From contig OZ316776.1 in the NCBI GenBank assembly GCA_973851085.1, positions 248,001 through 312,000 on the forward strand: a DNA stretch of 64,000 nucleotides. The letters are read 5' to 3'. This stretch comes from Ptychomitrium polyphyllum (Eukaryota). Shown here piece after piece: positions 27,073 to 39,802 of the stretch. Position numbers and translations under genes: made by a program. Each line of letters begins with the position of its first letter. Position 1 is the stretch's first letter. Under the pieces are notes generated by a model. That model saw nothing but the letters and a program-made list of their open reading frames with translations, did no database searches and was not told the origin of the DNA.

Positions 27073-30000
27073 TGTCACGGACATAGATCATGCAACATAG
27101 TCCTTAGAACATTCTAGAACCTTCTAATATACTATAATAGCTTCTTAAAATACTTTTAGATGTCTCCATAGCCTTTCCATGTTCTTAGAAAGCTTCCTAG
27201 GAAAGTTCCTCCACCTTCGGAAACTTCCTAGGAAGATCTATCATCTTAGGAAATATCCTAGGAAGGTTCTACCTCTTTAGGAAACTTCCTAAAAAGGTTC
27301 CGCTACCTTAGGAAACTTCCAAGGAAGGTTCCAACTCCTTGGAAGACTCTCTGGAAGGTTCTAACATCTTAGGAAACTTCTTGGGAGGTTTTTTAGACTT
27401 CTAGAACATTCTTAAGCCTTGTAGGAAGCTTCTTTAGAAGTATCCTAGGAGATACAAACGTCATAGTATAAATAGGAGGCAAGACAAGGTATTCCTTAGT
27501 CTTGCCAATACAAGTTGTGGATCATCTTGAATCTTGCCTTATTCTAGTCTTTGTATCAAGTTCTTGTTAATCATTAGCTCTATAAAAGCTAATTCTTGGG
27601 AAACACTTCGTTTTTGCTTCTTGTTTCTTGTGTCCCTAACAATGTGGCAAAACTACTCTTCATCTTTGTTAAAACTAAGGTTCTTTGAAGAAGATTGTGA
27701 ATTACCCATCTTTTTTAGGATTCCATAGCGTCTTAGAGGTTGCGGATTACCCTCCTCTAAGTTGGCACCATAGAGTTGGTTTCTCCTTCTGGAACCAAGT
27801 ATTATTTCTTTCAAAGGACGTGAATTTTCCTCCTTTGAAGGTATTCATAGTCTTTCTGTCTTTGAGAATCTTAAAGAAATGGATAACGTGCCTGAAACAT
27901 CAGAGAATAGGTTTGCAACTATTGCAGACCTTCAAGAATTAATAAACATAGTTCGAACGGAACTCGTTCGTTTTAATACCACCAACAATTTGGAGCAATA
28001 TACTCGGCAAGCTGAAGAATCCAATGGTGATATTCAAAGCCTATATCAAGAAATTGTTTGATTGCAAGAGAGTAATATTGGAAGGGAAGGCTTATGTTGA
28101 ATCCATGCAGAGCCAAAGATTAGCATGCCAAACAAGTTCAATGGATCAAGATCAAAATTGAGAGGCTTTGTTCAACAAGTAAGGCTCTTCTTTAGTTTGC
28201 ATCAATCTTGCTATTCCGATGGCACAACTCAAGTGAAATTTGTGGCCACTCTTTTATCAAACAATGCAATATCGTGGATTGCACCCCTAATGGAGAAGCA
28301 GTCACCATTATTGAACAATTTAGATGCTTTTATAGAAGCATTGGCATTTACTTTTGTAGACACCGACCGAGAGAGGGTGGCTGAGACAAGGATCTAGAGT
28401 CTCCAACAAGGACAGCGCTCAGCTGCTACATATGCTGCAGAGTTTTGACAATTAGCTTGCGACCTTGATTGGAATGATAAAGCCTTGATCACATGATTTC
28501 GATGGGGATTAAGAGAGAATATAAGGGACTTGCTCTTCACAATGCCAAGAGTTGAAACATTGGACGAATTCATCACTCAAGCAATAGCATGTGACAATAG
28601 ACTATTTGAGTGGCGCCAAGAACAACGCTTGAGATGGCGACCAATACATCAAAGTATGGGTACCACTTCTTCAAGAATATTGAAAGCTTACCATAAGTAC
28701 CAGGACCTATGCAAATTGATGCTGCCCAGTTCAGACGTTTGAATCCAGAAGAAAAAGAAAGGCGTCGAAGAGAAAATCTATGTTTGTATTGTAGCAAGTC
28801 TGGGCATAAAGTGCGCAATTGCCAAATCAAAAGATCTGCCTTTAAGGCTCAAAGCACAATGGTGGAGTTGGAAAACGAGGCTGTCTAGTCACAGTAGGGA
28901 CCATGCGACTGGACACCACAAGGAAACGACCATCAAATCAAGGTCTCTTACTACCTTCAAATCCTACCTCTTGTTTTACATTTCCTATCAAAATTAAATT
29001 GTTAGATGATGAAATAATTAGCGAGGCTCTCTTAGACACTGGTGCAACGGCATGTTTTATGGACAAGGATTTTGCGACCAAACATCACATGGTGTTTGTG
29101 AAGAAAAAATATCCCGCACCTGTTGAAGTTATTGATGGACGATCTCTTGCATCTGGCAACGTTATTGAAGAAACTCAACCTTTGGAGGTTGTTTTAGGAG
29201 ACTAGGCATCTATGATTGTTTTCAATATCATTCAATGCCAAACGAATCCTATTATTTTGGGCTTTCCTTGGTTTGAATTACATAATCCAGACATTGACTG
29301 GCACTCACGGAGTGTGGTCTCAAGGAAAAGACGCCAATGTACAAGAAATCTTGAACCATCATTTATTGCAGCTAAGGCATTTATGAGAGCGGCAAAGGAT
29401 GAACCAATCTATGCCATTTATGCCACGCCAATGTCTAGCTCTACAATAGAGACTAATCAAAACATACCTCGTCGCTATTAAGATTATAAAGACGTTTTCA
29501 AGAAGAAGAATGCGGACATGTTACCAAAGCACTGGCCTTACGATTGTACCATTGAGTTGCAAGAAGGAGCCCAACCATCTTTTGGACCTATTTATAACTT
29601 AGCACAAACTGAGTTGGCTGCCTTGAGAGAATATATTGATGAAAACCTTGGAAAGGGTTTCATTCAACACTCTAAATCACTTGCTGGAGCACCCATTCTA
29701 TTTGTAAAGAAGAAAGATGGATCATTGCATATGTGCGTGGACTATCGAGGCCTCAATAAAGTAACAAAAAAGAATCGCTATCCATTACCATTAATCTCAG
29801 AACTCCTACAACAACTTGGCCAAGCAAAGATATTCACCAAAATTGATTTTAGAGGAGCCTACAATTTTGTACACATTAAAGAAGGAGATGAATGGAAGAC
29901 AACTTTTCGATCTAGGTATGGTCATTTTGAATACAATGTCATGCCTTTTGGCCTTACTAATGCTCTTGCAGTCTTTCAACATATGATGAATGATATCTTC

Positions 30001-33000
30001 CATGAACATCTGGATGATTTTTTAATTATCTAATGAAATAATATTTTGATATATTCAAAGGATGAACAAGACCACAAATGTCATATGCGAGTGGTCTTAG
30101 AAAAATTACGCCAGCGAGGATTATATGCCAAATTAAAGAAGTGCCTTTTCCACAAATCCTTGGTTGAATTTTTAGGCTACATCATTTTCAAAGGAGGAAT
30201 CCATATGGATAAGAAAAAAATAAGCACTGTCATGGAGTGGAGTACGCCAAGATCAATTTGAAATGTTCAATGCTTCTTGGGATTTGCAAACTTCTACAAG
30301 ATATTCATCAAGAGTTATTCCAAGATTGCGGCACCATTGACACGTCCTACGGGGAAGCAAAAGTTCATTTGGAATGAAGAGGCGGAAAAAACATTTTAAA
30401 GTCTTAAGAAATCATTCACGTCGGCTCCAATTCTTATTCATCCAATTCCATCAAAGCTTTTTTATTTTGAAAGCGGATGCCTCAGATTTTGCGCCTGGCT
30501 CAGTACTCTCATAATATGATGAAGACGGGAGACTTCACCCTCTTGCCTTTTGTTCAAGGAAGTTCTTAGCGGCAGAGATCAACTATGATATACATGATAA
30601 AGAACTACTTGCAATTGTGGATGCGTTTGAAGAATGGCGATACTTATTGGAAGGAGCTCAACATACCATCACAATATATACAGACCACAAGAACTTGGAG
30701 TATTTCATGAGTGCGTTCGTTTTGAATTGCCATCAAGCAAGGTGGAGTATGTCGCTTTCCAGATTTGACTTTGTCATTACCTATCGATCTGGTAGCTTGC
30801 AAGGTAAGCCGGATGCCTTATTTCAAAGATCTTATTTAACTCCTCAGCCTAGAAATGATGTTTTGAATCAATAAAAGACTATTTCATTGAAGCCTGAAAA
30901 TCTTCAATTGAAAGCAGCCATTATTACGACAACATCCCATTTTGACAAAATTCGGAAGGCTTTAAAGAATGATGTCTTTGTTTCAAATATAAAGAAGCGC
31001 CTGATAAACAATGGAGGCCCTTCAAATAGCGATGAAAACTTTGAATTCCAAGAGGGCCTACTTTATTATAAAGGACTTTTGTACCTACTTCCAGGCCCTT
31101 TGCAGTTGAAGATCCTTCAAGCATGTCAAGATTTTCCAGCAGCAGGACATTTTGGATTCAATAAAACAATGGAGTTGATTGCTAGAGACTACAGATGGCC
31201 ACAAATGTGGAAGTACGTAAAGGACTTTGTTCGATCATGCAATCCTTGTGCAAGAGCCACGGTACCAAGGCACCAACCTCATAGTCTCTTCCATCCGCTT
31301 CCAGTGCCAAACGGCCCATGGTTGACTTTGTCAATGGATTTTATCACGGACCTTCCATACTCTGATTCTAAAGATCCTATTTTGGTAAAGGCAGATCAAC
31401 TTACCAAAATGGCACATTTCATTCCGTGCAACAAGACGGTAACGGAAGAAGAAACCGCCAAGTTGTTCCTAAATCACATCTACCGTTTACATGGACTACC
31501 AGATGATATTATATCCGATTGGGGGCCGCAGTTCATTTCCAACTTTTGGAGGGCTCTATTCCAGCTGTTGCGTGTAAAGATCAATTTTTCTTCAGCACAC
31601 CATCCGCAAACTAATGGCCAAATCAAACGTGTGAATCACATTTTGGAGCAGTACCTTTGTTATTGCATATATTACTAGCAAGACAACTGAATGGATTTCT
31701 TGGCTTTGGCAGAATTTGCTTACAACAACACTGTGCATTCTTCAAGAATTCAAAGTCCATTCTTTGCAAGCTATGGCCATCATCCTCGAGTAGATCCATT
31801 TTAAGTGAAGCATATTGGAAGCCCTGCAGTAGAGGATTTTGCAATTCAACTTGCTAAAATCCATCAAGAAATTACCTTCCAACTACAACAAGCTCAAGAT
31901 TATTATAAACTTTATGCAGATCGCCATCAAAAGGACCATCCAAAGTTTAAGGTTGGAGATAGCGTGTGGCTCCTACGACAAAAAATTTGACAAAAATACC
32001 ATCAAAGAAGTTGAACTATCAAAGGTTGGGACCGTTTGAAATCAGCAAACAGATAAATCCGGTTAATTATCGCCTAAAGCTACTACCAAGCATGCAAATT
32101 CATCCAGTATTCCACATATCATTGTTGGAAACCTGTAACAAATCATGTATACCAGAAAGAGTTGTTCCTCCGCCTCCTCTATTGGAAATCAATAATGAAA
32201 TTGAATGTGAAGTGGAAGAAATCTTAGATTCACGCATCAAGAGCGGACGTGTGGAGTATTTTATACATTGGCAAGGATATGGCATCAATGACCAAACATG
32301 GGAACCTTCAACAAATGTAACAAATGCATTCGAGAAGGTACGCAAATTTCATCAAAGATATCCTCAGAAACCAGGTCAGTGATGATGTGTCATCAGCAGC
32401 CGTTAGCTTCACAGAGAAGATTTTCCTTCATAGACAAGTATAAGAAGGGAGGAGAGACTTCCAAACCTCTTATTGTATACAACATTATTTTCAAGATAGT
32501 TCATTTCTAGATCCTAGCTAGTATGTCAAATCTTCGTGTTATGATGGATATGTGTGAAGAGCAGTCAGCCATGCCTTCATCAACAACAGCATTTGTTGAG
32601 CCAATTCAACTTTCCCAGCCCTCGGTAACGGATGATCTAAGCCAAGATATATAATTCCAACGTCGAGTACGACCTCGTGCAGAAGTATTGACTAGTCGCC
32701 CTTCATATTCTAGTCTTGATTTAAATGCTTGCGCTTTAGTCATCTTGTTAGAAATTGGAAGAGTCACTCCTGGAGGACCCGAAATCTTGTTTTGAGGATG
32801 TTTAAAAAGACTTAATCAAGATCAGATCTTGGGATGGGACATTTCAACAACAGAAGTCTTGATTGGTGGTCATCAACGCTTTTTGCAAGGACTAGTTGAA
32901 CCAATGAACAAAAAAAAATGGGCAAAGTATATAGCTTCACTCCTTTGACAAATGTTGGAATTTGTAGAAATGTGATAAACAAGCCAAGAAAAGAGCTCCT

Positions 33001-33135
33001 CATGGGACTTGTTGCTAAATGAGGAGATGATGTCACGGACATAGATCATGCAACATAGTCCTTAGAACATTATAGAACCTTCTAATATACTAAAATAGCT
33101 CCTTAGAATACTTTCAGATGTCTCCATAGCCATTC
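27073..33135 (+). mobile_element. Gypsy chromovirus element B, near full length: 5' LTR 27073-27641, gag, PR, RT, RH, IN, chromodomain, PPT, start of 3' LTR 33031-33135
   Basis: [51 protein letters not shown] and [29 protein letters not shown]...TWEP; purine tract before 33031. Multiple stops and frameshifts. Confidence 0.93.
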
Positions 33136-34280
33136 TGTCGCGCACCTCTCCTTGAGGAGTGCCCGCAACACTAAGGGCACAAAGAAGACCCCAGAGTGAC
33201 ATCCGGGACTTGTGGCGCCGATAGTGAAAGGAACCCAGTGGGCCGAGTGTGGAAAGGACCCCTAGGGAGAGAAACATCCTTACCCATGTAGACCAAAGGC
33301 CATAAGCAATAAATCATAGGTATTGGAGGAATCACAAAGAGTTGATTCTAGAATGCTAAAAATTGCTCAAATCGAACAAGAGAGCTAAAAGTTATGGCAT
33401 CCCAAAGTTGGGATTGCCAAGGGGCTGTTCTGGACTGTAGCAGCCTTACACAGTGACTGTATTGGATTGGGACAGTCCAAGGAGGGACTCCCCGGGAGTC
33501 CCGAACTTTGGGAGAGGCGTATCTCCCATAATACTAACTCAAATCGAACGTTTGAGGAGTCTATCGGCATCTACGCAAAGAATAAATGACGATGGAGTGG
33601 TTGCTTGTTACATTCGGGTACCGGATGAAGAAGATATGGCTCCCTAAAGGTCCGCTGGGAGTCCCGACGGCTTCCAGCGGCTAAGTTCCAAGGGAGATCG
33701 GGTGGTCTTCCAAAACTTTAGGTGTGTCGGGGTTCAGCTAGCTACAGAGGGCCAGGGAACTTACCGAATCCCATAGAGAGTACTATAAGGGAGGGCTAGT
33801 CCCCTTCCCCACTCACCTAGTGTCCCGGTAGAGACCAAGGGTGAGTCTTGGTTGGTGGAGCTAGTATTGGAGCTTCACGACAGGGACTCCCACACCATTG
33901 TGAGCCGGTGGACGGCCAGTTTCACGGAGGGAACTAGCACGTTTAAAAGGGTATGCTTGTTACCTCTAAGTTGGGGTGGTGTCTTCACGCCGACACCATG
34001 ATGGCCTGGGGTGATCTTAGGATCACATGGGAATCATGAGTGGTGGTGAGGAGACACCACTAAGTGCGGTTAGGTTGTGTGGAATGGGAGTAACACCAAG
34101 TGAGGCCTTAGACATGAATGGAAGTCTACACCTAATCATTGGCTACTAATCAATTGGGTGTTCTAAGAGAAATGGTAGAAAGACTTAGAGAGTGAGAATG
34201 GGGGTTAACCATGTGCATGTGGGGGTGTACAGGATTGATGCGCGTGATGCTTGTTAAGCTGCATTACAAAAGTTGCGACA
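33136..34280 (+). mobile_element. Family C LTR (recombinant; left inversion breakpoint)
   Basis: TGTCGCGCAC...GTTGCGACA, reverse complement of the 52177 and 58094 LTRs. Flanks CATTC and ATTAT do not form a TSD. Confidence 0.9.
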
Positions 34281-36400
34281 ATTATGGTATGTTCAGCGCC
34301 CTTAGATAAATATCCCCATTCCTCAAAGGCATCCACAATTACAAGCAATTTTTTATAACGTACACATAATTCATCTTTATTTTTCAAAACTTTTTAGAAT
34401 AATAGGCAATTGATCGGAGTCTCTTGTTTTTGCTAAGTTGAAAAATTATTAAACACTAGAACAAAGTTTAAAGCATTTAATACTGAAAAGAAAAAATGTA
34501 GTGGATTTGAGTCGATAAGGATTGGAATTGATATAAATAGCTATTTCAAGCTTTAGAAATATTTTTTACCGTTTTCATTCCAAATGAAGTATTCCTGCTC
34601 TTGAAGTGCATCAATAGTTCTCTATGATGGTATTTATCTTCTTCTCATCCATATACACGCCATTTTCAAAAATAGTGTAGTTTAAAATTTTAATTGAAGA
34701 CTACTAGAGGAAGCCCTTTTTTTATTTAACATATAATTCTGTTTGCTATAGCTTTTCCTAATTTTCCTAAACCAATTTCACTTGATGCTTGTGATTTTTT
34801 TATAAGTTAGGTACATCAAGATGGCATCCAAATAGATGGCCATAAATCATTCAAATATTTGCAAAAGATATCATTTAAAATATATTACAAAGTGTTGGAG
34901 CATTAATGAAGCCAAAAGGCATGATTTTGTTTAAAAAATAGCTATACTTGGACCAAAAAAGGAACTTCCATTTATCTCCTTTTTTTTAAAACCTTACTAG
35001 GTTTTAGGCTCCTTTAAAATTGACTTTAATGAATGTTTTGACTTGGCTAAATTGTTGCAAATTATAACCGCTATTCCTTGATGGTTGAAACTGGCTTGTA
35101 TCTTAACATCTTTATCTTGAAATAATAATTTGTTAGCATTAATCAATATTATAATTATGTAACTTAAATAAAGACACATCCAAGAATACTAGATTTATCC
35201 AACATTGGACAATGTTGAAAATATTTTTAAATATTTGATCTCTCAATACAACTTCCAAAGATTGAGTTTCTTTTACAACATTATCAAATGCAAAAAGAAT
35301 GTCCATCAATAATTTCAATAAGAACAAGATGTTTCTTCTTTATAAGCTACATATGATGCTTTATAGCAACATCATTGTCTATGAAGCATATTAATGCATC
35401 CATATTTTTAAAGTGCTACAATAGAGACTTTACAATTTGTTAATTTAATTTAAATTATAAGCATAAAAAAAAATGTAGAATTTGGAGGTAATTAAAGGCC
35501 TTTATTTAATGATCAATTGTTGATGGTTTTGAGCTGAGTGGTCCCTATTATACAACTTCTCTAATTTAATTATTGAGTTTTGAATTTTAAAAGGTAATTA
35601 AATATTAATTCAATAATCTTCTGCTTTATATCTAAGTTTCTTTGCTATCTTTTTTTCTTTTTTTCTTTGGTGAAGTTGAATTCAAATTGTGCATTATTAT
35701 ATTGCATAGGTATTTGGTCTCATTGATTGACCTTTAGGCATTTTAAGAAGAAATGAATGCCTACTTTGATGTATTGGTTTCTATTTCTACATTAATCTTA
35801 GTGCCTTTAAATTAATTTGTTGTCACATATTATCAATTGTGTAAGGAATTTGTCTAATGTATCAGCTTTAGGTATTATAAATAATAAGTCCTTTTTGTTG
35901 TACTTTATGGTCCAACAAATTTTATTAATTAAAGCCTCAATGTTTTAATCAAGGTTGCTAGGAAGTTGTAAAAATTTTGTAGCATATTTAGCAACTAATT
36001 AAAGTCCTTGTTTGAGCTACTTCTTTTCATTGGTATCTTCAAATATAGATTTTAATATGTCCATGAATGAACTTTAATTATTTACAATTGTGAAGTTTTC
36101 TTTGTTTTAGGTGTAAACCAAGATTATGAGTTGTCTATTGGAAGAGTGGCTATAAATTCAACTTGAATAGTATTGTTAGGATAGCAAGATTGATGGAGGT
36201 ACAAAAAGAACTTTAGTTGTTGAAGGAAACTTCTTAACTATAAAGTTCAATACTTTTTATTACATTAATTCTAGGCATTACCTTTTGAAGTACTTCTATG
36301 TATTATTATAACCTTTATCTATTTTACTTCTTGCAAATTTATCTAATGCATTTTCAATTTGACTTTTAAATGTAAGTAATAAATAATAAAAGTTCTAAAA
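34281..36400 (-). mobile_element. Highly degenerate Gypsy element E (family B-like gag-PR-RT-RH), truncated at the C LTR
   Basis: Minus-strand remnants [20 protein letters not shown] and ETQSLEVVLRDQ, plus gag-like sequence near 36100-36250. Confidence 0.75.
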
Positions 36401-39400
36401 TTTATATTCATTTGTGAGTATAATGAGCATAAAATGTTTTTTTATACAATAAACAAATGATATTACTTTATTACACACTTATCATCTTTGAACATCATTG
36501 GTTGGTATATTACAAGTCCTTATCCACTCTACTACTAGTGTTTATATGTTAGATATGAATAAATGATATTTTATTAAATTTTAGCTCTATTTTTAGCAAA
36601 TCCTTTGTTTATTTTTTAATTAGTCATAGGACCTTTTAAAAAATTGAATATAAATGACACTAGCAGATAATGATTTAAATTTTTTTAATCTCTTTTAATA
36701 AACTTTAAAAAAATTATTAGCAAAAAGATAAGAAACATGCGCAAAAATACATGTATTCATCAATAAGTATATTATATCTAAATTTTATTATCTATTAATA
36801 AGTGAAATTATATATTCCATGCTTTTGGATTATCTAATAATATAAAATTTTACTTAAATATTAAATATCAATATTAAATATCAATTTAATATGAATATTT
36901 GACCATTCTTTGGATATAAGAGTTTTCAAATAGATATCAATATCAAATTGTAATAATCATTGACCAAATTAGAAATTGCAAAATGAATCCAGTTGGAGTT
37001 GCTTTTAATTTGTATTGATATTATTGATGTGCTGCAGCTAGTATCAAAGTGCAATTCTATAGTAGTACTTGCTTCACAATCCTTGAGGTTGTCAAATTCT
37101 TGAAGTTTAAATTGTTGACACTTCTATGAAAGCTTCAATATTGATATAGCTACCTACTACAATTTTTGGTGCAAAGAAATAAGCCAACTTTGTTGCTTTT
37201 TTTATAATTGGTGTTGAAATCCCACAAAGTTTATTTTATACAAAAAAATTTATCCTCAATTTAAAGAAACTTACAAATTATTGAAACATAAAGCAATGTA
37301 ATGGACTTTGTATTAAAGATTTGATTACTAAACCATTGATGGATTAATGACCTTCTTTAAATTGAGACTATTTGGTATTATAATACTCAGTAACCGAAAG
37401 CATTTAGGTTTATGTTTAATCATAAATAGATGAAATTAGATTTTAATCTAATTTCAATCCTAATTTGAGCATATATAAAGAAGAGCCGTCCTTTGAGACA
37501 ACATGCATAATTTTCCTTTTGTATTAGCAATTGTTGATTAGTTTTTAGAAACTTTTATATATCTTCTATATTAATAGAAATCATGCATCATTTTTCACAC
37601 TTATTGTCTCTTACTCAAGTTTTGTTTTTAATTTCTAGTTTAAATGTAAGATCAAAAGGAGTGTTGGAATTGATTTTGTAATCTTTTAAAATACTTGGTT
37701 AAGTATTGACTTAGTCCATTATCAAAAGAACAATGACCAATTAAATGAAGATGCTTATAAAATTATTTCAACACCTTAACACTTTGGAAGTGAATTTTGT
37801 GATAATAAAGATTTAATGACAAGGTCCTTATATTTTGATTATAGATAGGAATTAAATAATAGCTCAAAAGTCCTTCTATTACTTTTTTTTTCTTTCAATC
37901 CAACCTATATTATTTTACATTGCTTAAGATCTCACTTTCTTTAATAACTCTAATTTTTTAATTAGTATTAAGTTCTAAATAAAAAGAAAGACACAATCTT
38001 ATAAGACTAAAAAGTCAGAAAGTAATAAGATCTAGCCATTAAATAATAATACTATTTTTGAATGAAAAATGCCATTTTTAATATATAATCAAGGAGCCAA
38101 CCACTAAAATAAGTGTTACAATCATATCCATTTTCAATTCAATTTGGAGTTGGCTATAGTAGTAATGAAGCTTATAAATTTGCAACTTATAGTATTCATG
38201 TGAACTTCCAATAATACCTCAAAATTCATTTTTTTATCAAAGTAAGAATAAAAATAATTTGAATTTATATATTATACGTATAATATAACTCTTTTAAAAA
38301 GATAGTAATATACAAATACATTCATGTGAATACAAAAGATTCCACAAACAATACATTATTAAATCTAATGTTATTTTGGAAGAACATTTACACACTGCAA
38401 TGAAGTCTAAGAAATGTTGCAAATATTTTTGAATTTCATATTAAATTGCTCAATTTATAGAAGATGAGCTCTCAACTTTGTATTGTAAAGGTAATGGTCG
38501 TTGAAGAACCTCTTTTAGGTGTTAAAAGACACCATTATGCCTAAAAGCGTAATAAAATCTTAAAACTATTTTTTTCTTTTGTCTTGCCAAGTAGTTTTTA
38601 ATGATCATTTAAATTTTTTATCAAAAATATTTAGCAATGTGGCACCAACATATTCTTCCAATCACCATTCAAAGCTAATTCCATCAATTTTATAGAATTT
38701 TGAAATCATCATATATGTTAATTAGAAATCTAAATTTGTAAGATATGTTTTTAATTTATATATATATATAAATACATTTGTCTTTTAGACCCCATTTATT
38801 TTAAATAAAAATGCACAAATCAAAGTTTGGAAGATGAATTGCAATAAATAATATATTGCTAACTCAATTGTTTATATTATTACAAAGAAATAATTAATTA
38901 AATTTGTATTCTTAGATTGAAAAAATAATCATCTTTTTAATAATTCTTATTACTATATGTTTGCAAAGTTTGCTCTATTTATGAACAATTTATGACATTA
39001 GTCTTAAAACACTTTTGATTAAAAAAAGAGTTTGAAGAGCTTTGGGCACTTGAAAGAAACTCAACTAATTTGAAGAGGTTCAATGTTTAAAACTCCTTCA
39101 CCACGGCCTAGTATTGTGGATGCTTCTTGTTGCTTCATCAAAGACATAACAATCCGCATTTTTACACCTTTTAGTGACAAAATTGAATATCATTATGCAA
39201 AATTTCCCTCTTTGCAAAGGACCTAATAAACAACACTAATTAAAGAATTGTGAAAACAAACCACATTTTAGTTTTTTGAGTACACATTTGGACAATCACT
39301 GTACACTTCATTACTTCCCACTTCAACCCTGATGGGAGTTACTAAGAGGACAGTTAGAGCCATATTACTTGAAATCTGCTCATCAGTCCACCGAGTTTCA

Positions 39401-39802
39401 TCCAAAACCAGCTCCACTCACACTGCACGTGAATGCGACCAATTCAGCGCAGGAATTTGGACCCCACAATCATGCGGATGCAACAGATTTCGACGCAGAA
39501 TCCAAACCCCACAGGCATGCGGACAGTTCTGGGCGGAATCGCTGTCGGAACGGCAGTGAGGGGCGTGCGGGAAACGCAGCAAAGCCGCGGAGCAGCGTAT
39601 CGCCCCAGCGAGAGCGAGAGCAGTTCTTGTCTTAGTGGAGCCCCAGATTTGGTCGGCAATCCGTCGCGCCTCATGCAGGCCAAGTCAATGTGCACCGCGC
39701 GCCACTTCCCGCGCACCTGAGATGTAGGTTGTTGCCCCGGCCTGATTGTTGCGCAATTCGTCACCAAGCCAGGGGTTTTGTGGTTGTGGGGCGCCTTGCG
39801 CC

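Noticed and set aside
36983..37012. MNPVGVAFNL resembling the PIF1 helicase APTGVAAFNI motif
   Set aside because: Too short, closed by stops, and no Walker A or B motif found nearby.
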